Below, piece by piece: positions 12,661-25,102 of a stretch of 64,000 nucleotides of DNA. The stretch is from positions 194,026-258,025 of the forward strand of contig JAAOMT010000561.1 of assembly GCA_016748015.1 (NCBI GenBank). The letters run 5' to 3'. The position numbers and the translations under genes were made by a program. The notes below the pieces were generated by a model. The model had not been told where the DNA came from. It saw only the letters and a list, made by a program, of their open reading frames with translations, and did no database searches. This DNA is from Geosiphon pyriformis uo1. Its lineage: Eukaryota; Fungi; Glomeromycota. The number at the start of each line of letters is the position of its first letter. Positions within the stretch are counted from its first letter, which is position 1.

Positions 12661-15327
12661 TATTAGTAGTTTTTATTAATATTTGAAAACATTTCTTAGC
12701 TCAACTAATAATACACATTATTATGATTATACTATTAACTATAGCATATTATAAGTGTATAAACTATTTCAGTAAGTGGAAAAGTAAAAAGAAGTGTATA
12801 ATAAAGTCATTAAAAGTGAGTAAAAGTATTGTCATTATTATTTGTTTTTGGGCAAGAACTAGTCTTAGATATTTTAAAAGGGAAAAAAAAGTCATATCTC
12901 TTTATATGTATTAAAAGTACAATCAATAATGAGAGCAAAACCAAACTATTCTAATGAATATATAACCAGAATTTTTTCAATTAGTTATTAAAAAAGTGTG
13001 GTATTAAATACCCAACTTTAAAAATAAAGTTATAAAAATTTATAAGGAATTGCAAAAATAAAACATACTGAAATAAATTTTGATTAAACTTTTTATTATT
13101 GAGACTATTCTCTAACAATGTGATATTTAATTATAACTTGTTTGATAAAATAAAACTTAATGTGAAATAGTAATAATACATGATTAGAAGATTGGAAATA
13201 ATAGAAAAACTTGCAATAGTAATAACAAGTACAATCTGAGACAAAAAAAATTGGACAAAAAAATGTATCTTACAAGATTTGATCTAGTTTAACCAATTTT
13301 GGTTAGATTGTGGCGAGATTAGTTGGAAATAAATGTGAAAATAAGTGGTTATTAGTTTATATATTTTTTTTGTGCATTTTATTAATTTTTTTTTAATTCT
13401 CATGTAAAAATAGCAACATCCAAGCAAGAAATACAACAACAAACAGTATTGTATTTTTGGAACCAAAGAATATAAATTGCAGTGGAAATACAAAAGTGAA
13501 CAAATATACCACATTTTACTATTTACAATATTTTTAAAAAACTTGAAAAAACTGGGGTGGTAAAGCATACAGGTAAAAATGGTTGGCCAAAAAAGATTAA
13601 AGAAGTTGCTTCACAAGTATTACAATTATACATCAAATGAGATTCCTCAATTTTAATGAGAACTTTAACAACAAAGTTGTCAAAAATAAATATAGAGGTA
13701 TCCTATAGAACAATTGAGAGACATTTAGCATTTCTTGGTTACAAAAAAAATCTTCTTTAGACCATCTTAATACTTACTAATAAACATAAAAAGAAGTGTT
13801 TGGAATGGGCTTATCAACACTTGAATGACAATTGGAACCAAACTGTTTTTACAAATGAAACAGCCTTTTGTTTATTTTAAAACACACTAGAACATTGGTA
13901 TAGAGGTTTACAGCCCACCTATAACATTCTAAAAGATTAAATAAAAGTCTTTGCTTAGAGTAATTTCTATAAAGAAGAAAAGACAAGTTTATTTTGTTTT
14001 ACTAGAATAATAAATAGTCATTTTTACATAGAAATTTTTTGTACTTACCTGTTTGAAATTAGAGGAATACTTAAGCATAGATGGTGGTTTCAGCAAGACA
14101 ACAATTTGAAACACAAAAACAAAGTTTTTCAAGCCTTTATAGCTGCCAATATTAATAATATTCTTGACTGACCTGCCAACTTACTCAACTTAAACCTTAT
14201 TGAAAACTTGTAGGCTATTGTCAAGAATAAGGTAGAAAAGCAAATGCCTGAAAATTGTAACTAGTTAATGCAGTTTATGAAAGAAAAGTGGTGAATAATT
14301 TCTGGATCTACTCTTATCGGGTTAGTAGGAACAATAAAATGACATTGTAAGATGGTAATTGTAAAGAATATCATATTAATATTCTATTAATTTTTTTTAA
14401 TAAAATAATGTGCTTTTTATCTTTCTAATGATATATTTTTTGTAAAATTTGGTCTATTAATTAAAGCATAATAATTAGTTTTTTGTGTCCAATTTTTTTT
14501 GTCTCATATTATAAGTAAGAAATTATAAACAATGTAATTCCAAATAGTGATAAAGAATATGAAAAGGCATACTTGAGATTATAATAACAAGTATTTAGAA
14601 CATAAGAAAGAAAAAGAAAAAGTAAGATATAGAAAAAATGACTAACTGCTTACTATAAAAACTATAGCAAAGAGTTGGCTCAGTATTGAACTGATACTTT
14701 TTTGAGCTAACAGAAAGACTGTATATATAGCTAAATTACATCAGATTACACACTATATTAAGACTATTTAAAATACATTAATTATTTATATATTTTAATT
14801 TAATTAATTTATAATAAACTTATTCGGTCTATTATTTTTTAAGAGTTAGTGATTTTAGATGATCAGATTTAAATGGTTGAATCTTGAACATTAATTGTAA
14901 ATCAATAATACCAATTATAATTATAATCAACATAATTAGAAGAGATCAATTGATTACATTTCTTGGTAACTATTTTTAACTATTAATCACAGATCTGAAA
15001 TATTAAATTGTTTTAATAAGAATGTATGAGAATCTTGGAGCATAACAAAATCTGTTGTTATCAGATTACATGTATTAATTGTTTATTTCTATTGGTTTTT
15101 TTTTGGTTTGCCAAGATTTTTTTATATTTAACTTAGTTAAACTGTTAAATTGTATTATATCTCTTTGTTATAATTAGACTAATTGTTGATCATTTATTTT
15201 CAGATTGTTGGCTGATTTTGTTGATTAAATGCAATAATATAAGTTTTTTTTACCTAATTTTAATGTTAATTTCCATTGTATGTGTTGTAATTTTTGTATT
15301 AAAAAGCATAAAAATCTTTCGGTAACA
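12661..15327. mobile_element. Uncharacterised non-coding insertion (possibly one or two solo LTRs) in LINE ORF2, hosting a Tc1 element
   Basis: LINE homology stops at ~12660 and resumes at 15328. Right end ...ctttcggtaaca resembles the solo-LTR end ...cctccagtaaca at 49241. Left end ambiguous. Confidence 0.6.
13232..14511 (+). mobile_element. Tc1/mariner (IS630-like) DNA transposon copy A, 1280 bp, inactivated by transitions
   Basis: TA|caatctgagacaaaaaaaattggaca ... tgtccaattttttttgtctcatatta|TA. Collinear with 34298-35512. Confidence 0.93.
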
Positions 15328-16773
15328 GTGGATCTGATATTTTAATAGCAAAAAAGAGTAAATCTTATAAATACTTGGGTATTTTTTTGTTCACAAATGG
15401 TTTTTTTAAATCAAGTTTTGTTAAGACTTATTTGAATATTAGATTTTTTATAAATTTGGTTTTAAGAAAAGCTGTGTTAAATAAACAATTTTTGTATTTG
15501 GTATTTGTAATTCTCTAGCTTATTATTAATTACAAATTACAATTTAGTTATGTATTAATAAATATATATAAAAAATAAAACAAATTGCTAAAAAAAAGTT
15601 AAAGCTTAATGCCAATTTGCCCAAAAACTTTTTTAATAAAGCTATTTCTTATCTTAAATTATATGGTCTCAAGTTTTTTAGGCAAATACAAACTAAAAAT
15701 TTGGCAGCTAATTTGATCACTTTTGCTAATTTGAAAAAAATTCTTGGCAGATTATTTAAATATAAAGCTATGAATTTACAGACTGTTAATTAAATGTCTC
15801 AGTATTTTTTCAATTTTTTGGTTATATTATTAATTAATTTAATAAATTGTTTTTTAACAAATAAGACTAGTATTTTAGTATTATATGGTTTGTTTTTAGG
15901 AAACAAGCTATTAAATGTTTTTTGAGTTAGTAGTAGTGTTGCTATTGTTAATATTCTAGGTTTAGATTATTATATTGGCATGATAAAATTTTTGAAAATG
16001 TTCAGTATTGCTTTTACTGACCAACTTTTGAACCATTATGAAGTTTGCTTCACATAAAACACATTTTGTAAGTAAAAAAAACTTGATTTTAGAGGTTTTG
16101 TTTTTGGTTGGTTCAGTTTGCTTGTCATATTTATTGAAAATAATAGTCTGGTCAGCTGTAGTATTTTGGCTTTCTATTTTATATTTGTTGGCCAATTATA
16201 TAACTTTAAGTTTACAAAAAAACACTTGTTAAGAAATAGAACAGAAGAAATAGTTGTTTATACAAATGGTTCAGTCAAAAATCTTGGTTCTGTTAATACT
16301 TGTAATAATATGACTGTGTATTTTTTAAACATTAATATGAGTGTTAGAATTAAGATAAGCAGTTTGTTCTCCTTGATTATAATAAAACTACAGACTATTG
16401 TACTTATACTAAAATGTATTTCTATGTCTAACTTAGTTATGTTGTTTACAAATAGTTAAGTATCATTGGATGTTTGTGTTTTAAATAAAAAATACATAAG
16501 TTTCAATTTTTATGATAAATACTAGATCAAAAAAAAACATATTTATTAGACTATTATATCAAAAAATTTATTAGTTAGCTAAAATAAGATTAAGAGTCAC
16601 TCTGAAATTATTGGTAATAAACATGCAAATTTTTTTGCTAATGTATCTACTATGTTTAGTTTTACTATGCCTATTAAGATATCATACTGTTTTTTTGCTA
16701 TTAAAAAAAAACTGGTTTTTAGGAATATTCATTACTTTGTTAGGTGGCTTTTTGAAGCCATTGGTTTTGTCAG

Positions 16774-17571
16774 TATTATTTATAGAAATTAGAAATTATA
16801 ATAATAAGTAAAATAGCCAATTAAAAATAAGTATAATAAAATAAAAAATTGCAAAATTCTAAAATTTTCTTGAAAAATTGTAAAATTCCTCAAAAATCTT
16901 ACATAACACAAATTATGTATATATAATAAGAGTATTAAAAGCAGAAAAAATATTCAAAATTCAACAAGAGTTTAGAACCCTAATATACTTTCTTCAAAAG
17001 ATAACTTAAAATACAAACATATCAATTTCAAATAAATATCTAATTATTATTCAATTTATGTTATTATTCTTTGATTAAGAATATTAATTATTTATTCACT
17101 ATCAATACTTCATATTAATAGAATTTAATATTTAATCATATTGAATTAAAAGCTCTTAATTATAGTTATTAACAAGATACTAATTTCTCATTTTCTTTTT
17201 TTAATTTTTTTAATTTTTTTTATTTTGTTTTATTTTTTTTTATTTTTTTTTTTTGTTGTTTATTAATTAATTAAAAAAATTGAATACTGAGTATTTGACA
17301 TTAAGGATAGCTTGGTAAAAGACCCAAAAATAAGAGTAAAAATTTAAGAATAGCTTATTAAAAGAGCATAACTGTCAAAATTAATTGGCTATTATGCTGA
17401 AAAAAAAATTCATCAAAGAAATTATTAATTAAATATCTGTTTTTTATACAAAAGACTTAACCAAAATTTTCAGACTCCAAAATCTTCAAAAATTACCAAT
17501 ATTATCAGCTATTAAGAACTAAGTTACAGACTTGTTATTTGTCTTAATACTATAAATAATCACTTGTAATA
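16774..17571. mobile_element. Solo-LTR-like insertion (798 bp) in LINE copy 1
   Basis: Ends tattat...gtaata (decayed TG...CA). Flanks tcag/ttag fit a decayed 4-bp TSD. LINE homology resumes at 17572. Confidence 0.65.
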
Positions 17572-18403
17572 TTAGCTGGAAATTCAAATACATTGATAGT
17601 ACTGTAAATATAATGCTTTGCAATTTTTTTAATATGTGTAATATTTTTGGTATATAGTATCTTGATAATTGTATTAGATTTAGTTTTATTAGCTTTGCTT
17701 TTATAATACCTCAATCCTATTTTATAAAAGTCTTATATTATTATTTACCTGTAGTCAAAAGGAAAAAACTGTATAATTCAAATTATTCTAATATATTATA
17801 CATCTAGTATGAGTTAATTGAAAACTCTGATTATATATTTTCATGCATCTATAATAATTATGTTAAAAGAAATCTGATCTTAAACATTATTCAAAAGTGG
17901 ATTAATTTACTAAGTACTTGTATTATTGATTATAAAATAATCTAATTTTTGTATAAAACAGAATTTTTTAGTTGCTTATATATGTTATTGGTTAAAGACT
18001 TTATATTGGAAAAATAGGTGGCTAAGATGATGTGCTTATTGAGTATTAGATCTAATAATAGTACAATTGTCATTGATTTGGTTAGAAGTTTTGTTAAAAA
18101 ACATAAAACTGCTATTTGGTTGCTAAGCACATATTTAAAAGCATATTATAAAAAGCATGGTTTTCTATTTTATAATAGATCAGCTATTTTATCTATTTTG
18201 GGATTGTTATTATTATGGACTTTTAAGATGATTTATAATTTTGGTATTAGAATAAGTATATACAGTAAACTTTCTTTATAATCACACCTTTTGGTCAGCA
18301 TATTTGTAATAACTATAGAGAAATAAGACTATAAAAAATAATTAATATCTTATCACATGATCTATATATTACATGCATAATATAATAATTAATTATATAT
18401 ATT

Positions 18404-19952
18404 TTATTTATAAAAACTATCTATTTGCAACTGTTTTTTTTCTTCTTGAACTTTGAGAACAGTATTATGAATTAATGTTCTCAAAGTTTTAAAAAAATTT
18501 GAATCAACTTTTTCACTATACTGCTCTTTACAATAGCACAATGTATCTTCAAGTGCAATTTTACCTTGATGTGTAGATAGCAAAGGCAAAGGTTCATCTT
18601 CATTTTCACTTTCTAAATCTTCATTTGCATTAGAATTTCTACTATATTTGTTGTTAATAAGATCCACAATTTCATCCTCTGAGGCATAAGTAAATAATAA
18701 TTCAAACTTCTCAATATTAATGAAGTCTATTACCAATAGCTTGTCAATATCAACATGCTCAATAAGAACTTGTACTTCTTGTAGAAGTTCTTGTTCAATA
18801 TCTAATAGATGGGCTAGCATTTGACTATTATTCAGAATTCCCATATGACACCAACAGTTTTGAATTGTAGTTGTTGTTATTGCTGATTATGCATTAATTA
18901 GAAAGTCAACCACATCCTTTAATATTACTGTTGATATTGAAATTTTGCCATCATACTGATTAATAAGATGAAAAAAAAACAACTTTTGGTATTGTGCCTT
19001 AAAAATGCAATAATTCCTGCATTTAATGGTTGCAAATGGGATGTTGTATTGAATGGTAGATATCTAATTATAATATTAGATAATACAGAAGATTCTCTAT
19101 CATGGGGACCAGCATTATTAAGCAATAGCAAAATTTTTTTTTTCTTGTGATGTATTTCTTCATTTAATAAATTAAGTCATTCACTAAAAATATCAGTTCA
19201 CATCCATGCTTTTGTATTATAACAATAAGTGATTGGAAGTGTATTTATATTAATATTGTAAAAACATTGTGGCTTTGCAGCTTTGCTGATAATTAAAGAC
19301 TGCAACTTGATGCTGTCTATTGTATTACAAGCAAGAAGTATGGTAATTTGACTCTTATTATGCTTGGTGCCAGAGGTAGATTTTGTTGCCAAAATTGCAT
19401 TTGGTGGTATTCTAAAAAATAATGCTGTCTCATCAGCATTGTAAACATCATTTAGATTATATTCGCTGATAATCTTATGCAGTTTTTCTTGTTCCTCTGG
19501 TAAAATTTTCAAGGGGGCACTGTTTGCTTTATCATGCATCTTAATATAATGCAAATTATGACATTTCTTGAACTTTTCTAACCAACTATCTGATGCTTTA
19601 AAGTTATTTTCTTCCAAAAACTTTTCAGCAAACTTGAGGGCTTTCATTTGTAAAATTTTTCCAGTAAGAATGCAATTGCTTTAAGCATCTATTCTTCCAG
19701 TGCATCATTTATTTTTAGAAACATCTCTTTCCTGTTCTTTGTCAATTAACTAGAGTTGCCAGATACATTTTTTTCAATCCATTGGTCTGATTTTGCAAGT
19801 ATCTTTGTTACAGTAGAGTGGTCAACTTTTAGATTAAATATTTTGATAAATTTATTTGCTGAGTAGTTAGGATGCTCTAGTTTGTACTGACAGAAAGTTT
19901 TTTTAGTCTCTAAGGAGATTGCTGCTTGCTTTTGGTTCGTGTTTTTTAGCAT
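18404..19952 (-). pseudogene. pogo/CENP-B-like transposase (HTH + DDE_1), disrupted
   Basis: FKASDSWLEKFKK, VYNADETALFF, KAWM, LLLNNAGPH, LPFNTTSHLQPLNAGII across ORF pieces. Confidence 0.92.
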
Positions 19953-20216
19953 GTTAATAAGAACACACTTTTTATTGCATTTTGTTTTTATAATGTGTTG
20001 ATGTATCTGTTATGTCTCAAATGTCATTTTGCCTTATATCTAATCAGACATATGAGGTGCTTCATGTCATATTAGATGCCTTAGATTATAAAAAGTGGCC
20101 AAATTATAAAAATGAAAGTTTTAATCTAACTGTAGGATTCTAAGTACAAATAACAGATTTTTAGTAAAAAGAAACCTAATTTCAATAATACATCTGTGAC
20201 ACTTTTTGTCTCTTAC

Positions 20217-20329
20217 CCTTAACTGATAATCAATAATGAAGACTGTCAATTTGATCCTTTGTATACTTGTATAATTGCGTAGAAGATAGCACAATGTCAT
20301 GTTGTCAAGCCCTCTAAACACAGCAACAC
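20217..20329 (-). pseudogene. Captured exon resembling the tRNA(Ile)-lysidine synthase (TilS) PP-loop N-terminus
   Basis: VAVFRGLDNMTLCYLLRNY...FIIDYQLR matches VAVSGGxDSMAL...IDHxLR after reversing C>T/G>A changes. Followed by a GTAAGA...CTTAG intron. Confidence 0.7.
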
Positions 20330-21300
20330 TTATATCAATTGGAATATTAATATAAAATACTTTGCACAATGTCAGGGATATCAGAGTAAAAGTCAACTGC
20401 AGTTTTTTAAAAAATGTCCTGATTATCATAAGTTATGGGATTTGATATATAATATATATAGACATGCAATAGCTTCTAAATTAATGTGGCCATATGTTGT
20501 TTCTAAGGAAAATCTATCTGTTAAAGGTTATTTAAAATGAGCTCAAAATGAAACAGATTTCATGTTCAGATTAAAGTATGAACAAGTCTTTTTTTATTTA
20601 CAAGCAATTATTAACTTTTGCACTGGAGTTTGTTTCAATAGGTTTTTATTAAGATTTGTGGCTAGATGAATGTTTGCACCAATTTGGTCTGCTCAGTACC
20701 ATCCTATTTACCAATTAATTGAAATTGTTGATGAAGAACAATAATTATGATTAAAGCCTAAAGTTTGCAAGCTGATTCAAGAAAGAATTGTAATTTTTTG
20801 ATCTAAACTTTCAAATTAACATCAAGGCCATGATGCAATACTTGAAAAAATTAACAAAATGCTCAAATCATTAATTCCTTTTACACCTTCACAATGGCAT
20901 TGAGAAATTGCAGTACATAACTATATCAAATTTAAGAGATTGCATACTAACCTCTTTAATGTCATCGAATATTCTAAAAGTGAAATATACAGGTCTTGTA
21001 CAGATTCTAATTTTATTGCTGAATCAAATCAATTTCGAGTTCAGATAAGAAAAACACAATTTGTAAATCCAAATGTCTCTAATTGTGTTTTTTGTAATAT
21101 TGGCCATGAATAGATATTAAGCAAAAAAATGAAAAAATTCAGTGAAATTGCATGAATGAAAAGAATAGATTTTCTTAAAGCAAGACAAATTAAGAAAACA
21201 TTGTTAAGTACTTGAAAACCAATTCCAGTAACAAGTGAAGAAGCAGATCATTAAAAAATGTAAATTTGTTAATAAAATCACAATTATTATTTATTATTAA
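20330..21300 (+). pseudogene. Fragment of an unidentified protein, possibly Academ/DUF6589-like transposase
   Basis: Coding-like frame with stops: DYHKLW...WPYV...QAIINF...FAPIW...HPIYQLIE...HQGHDAILEKINK. The family assignment is tentative recall only. Confidence 0.4.
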
Positions 21301-23989
21301 CTCTCTAATACCTCTTTTAAATGATCATGTTTTCAAAGCTTATCAAGTTAATTGTGTAACAGCCTAATAAATATCCTTCAAGAAGTTAGAAATATATTGT
21401 ATTGTGTACAGGTTTGTTTACCTTGGGTTGGGTGCATTACCATTTATAATTGGCATTTTTAAAACATTATATGTTGAGTTTAGGTCCAAATCTCCATTCT
21501 GTGTAATTATGTTTGGATTATAAAAAGCATTCAACATGGATTTATTTGTTCCAAAAAAGTTAATTTTTAATACATCTTTAAAACTATTAGTCAAACTTTT
21601 ACTTGCTAATACTAAATATTGGTTGAATAATGAATATAATTACTAGTATGGAGCCTTTTTTTAATTACGGATGCCAAAGTTGGTGTGAAAATGTATTTAT
21701 TGGGTATATATCAGAATTCTCATGCTCTGAGTTTTATTACTGGTCACATTTCTTTTCTTAAGAAAAGGTAAATTCGAATTCCATTTCCAGTTGATTTGCT
21801 CAAGCAATATCCTATTAACAAACTTGTTCCCAAAAGATCCCATTGGGCTATTATTCTCGCTTGTAGGTCTGTTAATTTTTTCTTCCAATATAAAGAAAAA
21901 GTAATCTCATTAGCCAAAATTTGATTCAGAGTAATTTTATCAATACCTGCAGCAACAGCCTCCAAAGCACTACCAGCCTCTAAAACACCACCAGTCTCCA
22001 AAGCACCAAGAGCAATAGTACTGTACTATATGTTAACTATTATTAAAACTCTTATAATACCCACAAACAACAAGCCAAATATAATAGTTTTGTTATTGTC
22101 TTCTGATAATAGTGGCAGTTTATAAAAAAAAAGAATAATTGAATGTTGTAATATTTCAGAAATTTTGTTTAATGTTCTACAATTGTTTCCAGAAACTTCT
22201 CTACTTTTTTTTACTATCATAAAAAGAATAATTTCTATTGACAAATTAGGAAATCTCCTTGACTGTACATGTCCAATTAAATATAAGATAACATCTGATG
22301 TTCATATTTAATATCATATAATTATAGTGTGATTATAAAGAGTAGAAATTACTTATATTCTGCTATCATATTTGTGGAGATAGAGACTATAAGGAGATAT
22401 ATATAGTAAAAGTAACTATAAAGAGATAATATTATATATAAATAGTTTTGGTTTTTAAAAAAATGTGATTATAAGAAAATAGTAACTATAACCAGAGGGA
22501 CTATAGAGAAAGTTCACTATATGTTTGTTTCAAATTATACCCTTTTTTAACTAGTTTGTATTTTGGTTTTATGTAGAATTTTCTTGTAATAAGTAGTGTA
22601 AGCATATAGTATTGTTTTGATTGGCTTGAATTGTTGATTATATGTAAAAAAAACATAAATCATACTTAATCTAAAATCTTTTTTAATTATTTGTTTTTAG
22701 ATAGTGATTGAACTGTATTCATAAAACTTAATAAAAAATAATAATAATAAAAAATAAAAATTAATTGATAAATTAACTTTAATTTTATTTTTTGGTAAAT
22801 ATTTTAAATTTTAATTATAAATTTAAAATATTGAATTATATTAATAAAAACAAGTTAAAATTTTAAAACATAATAAAATTAATTTTTAAAATTACATATA
22901 TTAATTATTAATTTTAATTGATATTTTTTAATTGTTAAAAAACTTTTATATTTAATTTAAATTGTTAATTAAAATGTGTATTTTTTTGTTGTTATTAATC
23001 TTTATTAATACTAATTGAAATTTTAAATTAAGTGTATAGTTTTAGATTATTTTTATTTATTTTTGTTAATAATTTTTATAACATGTGTTGTAATTTTTTG
23101 TATAAAAAATTGTAATTATGATATTATAATACCAGTTAATACAACAATTTAAAAAAATGATAACAAATTAGTTTAAACAGTTATTGTTATTACAACAAAA
23201 TAATACAATACATTATTGATTAAAAATACAATATATTGAAAAGCTTAAAAAATTAATATTTTAAAATTTTTTATATAAAATTACAATAATAATTGTAAAC
23301 TTATTATTTATTTTTTAAAAAAAAGTTATATAATAAAATCATAATAGTCAAAAAAAAAGATTTATAAGATTGAAATATTTAGATCTTTCACTTTGTTGAT
23401 TCAACGAATTCCAAACATAAATCTTTTTTAACTGTTATGATGATGTTGTATTTGGATGTTTTTGTGTTGACAGTCAAATTATCTCTGAAAGGAACTATAC
23501 ACTTGATTGGTTAATTAATATATAAAATAAAACAAAATAAAATAAAATAAAATAAAATAAAATAAAATAAAGTTAAGCTGATTTTTTTAATCGTGCACAA
23601 TCCCATATCTTGATGGTTATCGTCAGAGGCCAATGAAAAAAAAAAACTGATTAGAGAAAACAAATTCAATTGATATTAAACCAGATACAGCTTTTACTTA
23701 CACATTCTAGTCTCCAATTAACAATCATCCTTATGGTGGTGGTTATGTACTCCAAAGTTACGCTGCCACTAGGTTTAAAATCCGAGAATTGAAAGCTCTT
23801 CATGGCCACAGTTTGCGAAAGTTGCATACTGCGAACGTTCTTCTTTGTTTCCGAAAGCTGGCTGATTTAGAAAATCGGAGCGAAGTGTTGAATAGAATAC
23901 AGGAACTGTTAATCGAAAGCGCATCATGGCCATAGTTACAAACAACTTTGAACTTTCTTTTATCGTTCTTGATGATAATGACACATACA

Positions 23990-24497
23990 GTCAAAATGAT
24001 TTTTTCTTTAGTGAATCAAGTAATGAGCGTGTGGACACAGTCGGGAATCTAGCAGATTCCGTTTATAGTCCAATACAAAAATCTTAAACAACCAATTGGT
24101 AAATGTTTAAATCTAAACAAATTGTTTAAATTATTAATCTCAATTAATCATTAATTATTAATCAATTACAGATCCATCGGTTGTTCAAAATTTGGAAGTT
24201 ATACTATCTAGACACCATAAAGACACTACTATTGGTATCATAGTATTTCCTTCCAAAGATAATGTAATTATCAATGCAAACAGAAGAGGCAAAACGTCTA
24301 AATACAACATCATTGTAACAATTAAAAATGATTTGTGTTTGGATCTTTTTGAATTTGTCTTGGATCAAAAAAGTGATACCCTAACTTTACTCTACAGTTT
24401 TTGTAGTAACTTTTTTTTCGACTATAATACTTTTATAATTATAATTATAATTATTATTATTATTATTATATGTCATTCATCTTCTAAAAACAAATAA
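23990..24497 (+). pseudogene. Mrr/DUF2034 (RRG7)-like PD-(D/E)xK nuclease-fold pseudogene
   Basis: VDTVG, frameshift, IPFIVQYKNLKQPI, intron 24099-24171 (GT..AG), then DPSVVQNLEVILSR..TIGIIV..SKYNIIVT. Matches the VQCK...GPxxVRELEG pattern in decayed form. Confidence 0.6.
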
Positions 24498-24934
24498 ATG
24501 TTGAATAAATTAGTTTATTGTACAAACGGGCCACATAATTTCCTCAAAATCGTTAAGAAATTCTAATAAAAACGAATGTTTCACAATTTGTACGCCACGC
24601 ACTATATCCCATTAACCTTCAAAGCAATTGCCACAGCTTCCTATCTTCAAGAAACCCGTGTGCTTGCATTCTAGCGGATCCAGTCATATGGTTGATATAG
24701 AAATCCCAATCACTCACACATCTTTCAACTGTGGAGAAGTAACTCGAAGGAAAAGCACTAATAATGAATTTAAGCAAGGAAAAGGGCAAGCTACAAAATG
24801 ACAGATACTTTGGAAAGACGGGAAAAGAGGGATGCAAAGACTTTGAAATGGAGAACAGAATGGGCGAAACAAAAAGGCGAACATAAAGAACTAGCATAAA
24901 CAATTTTCTTGTGTTGATGTCTGCGTCATTTCTT

Positions 24935-24946
24935 TGTGACGTCACA
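24935..24946. promoter_or_regulatory. Palindromic CRE/ATF-type site TGTGACGTCACA upstream of the WD40 gene
   Basis: Perfect 12-bp palindrome containing TGACGTCA ~160 bp upstream of the ATG at 25103. Function inferred only. Confidence 0.35.
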
Positions 24947-25102
24947 TGTCTAATCTCTGGTTTTGTTGCGGTTGTAGTACGCCATACAGCAAACGAACAG
25001 TCTACCTTACCATTCTTTCTCCTAGTCGCTTCCAAGAAATCGTTTATCAATAATTCTACTTAACCGTTATTAGATTGGACGAAAAGAAATTTTCAAAGTA
25101 AA

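Larger units (their letters stand above)
18263..22519 (-). mobile_element. TIR DNA element (4257 bp) with pogo/Tigger-type transposase and captured cargo
   Basis: TA|cagtaaactttctttata ... tatagagaaagttcacta|TA inverted ends. Subterminal (g/a)actata repeats at both ends. LINE sequence rejoins across the TA. Confidence 0.85.
8224..22760 (+). mobile_element. LINE (non-LTR) retrotransposon copy 1, highly decayed, interrupted by three insertions
   Basis: Segments 8224-12660, 15328-16773, 17572-18262 and 22520-22760 are collinear with the LINE at 42415-50200 (e.g. FATCNV, ETKL, VYTNGS). The 3' end tattcataaaact..aataaaaa and A-rich tail are shared. Outer ends approximate. Confidence 0.88.

Noticed and set aside
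21400-22260. Short ORFs in the distal cargo of the TIR element
   Set aside because: Could not be assigned to any family; kept only as unassigned cargo.
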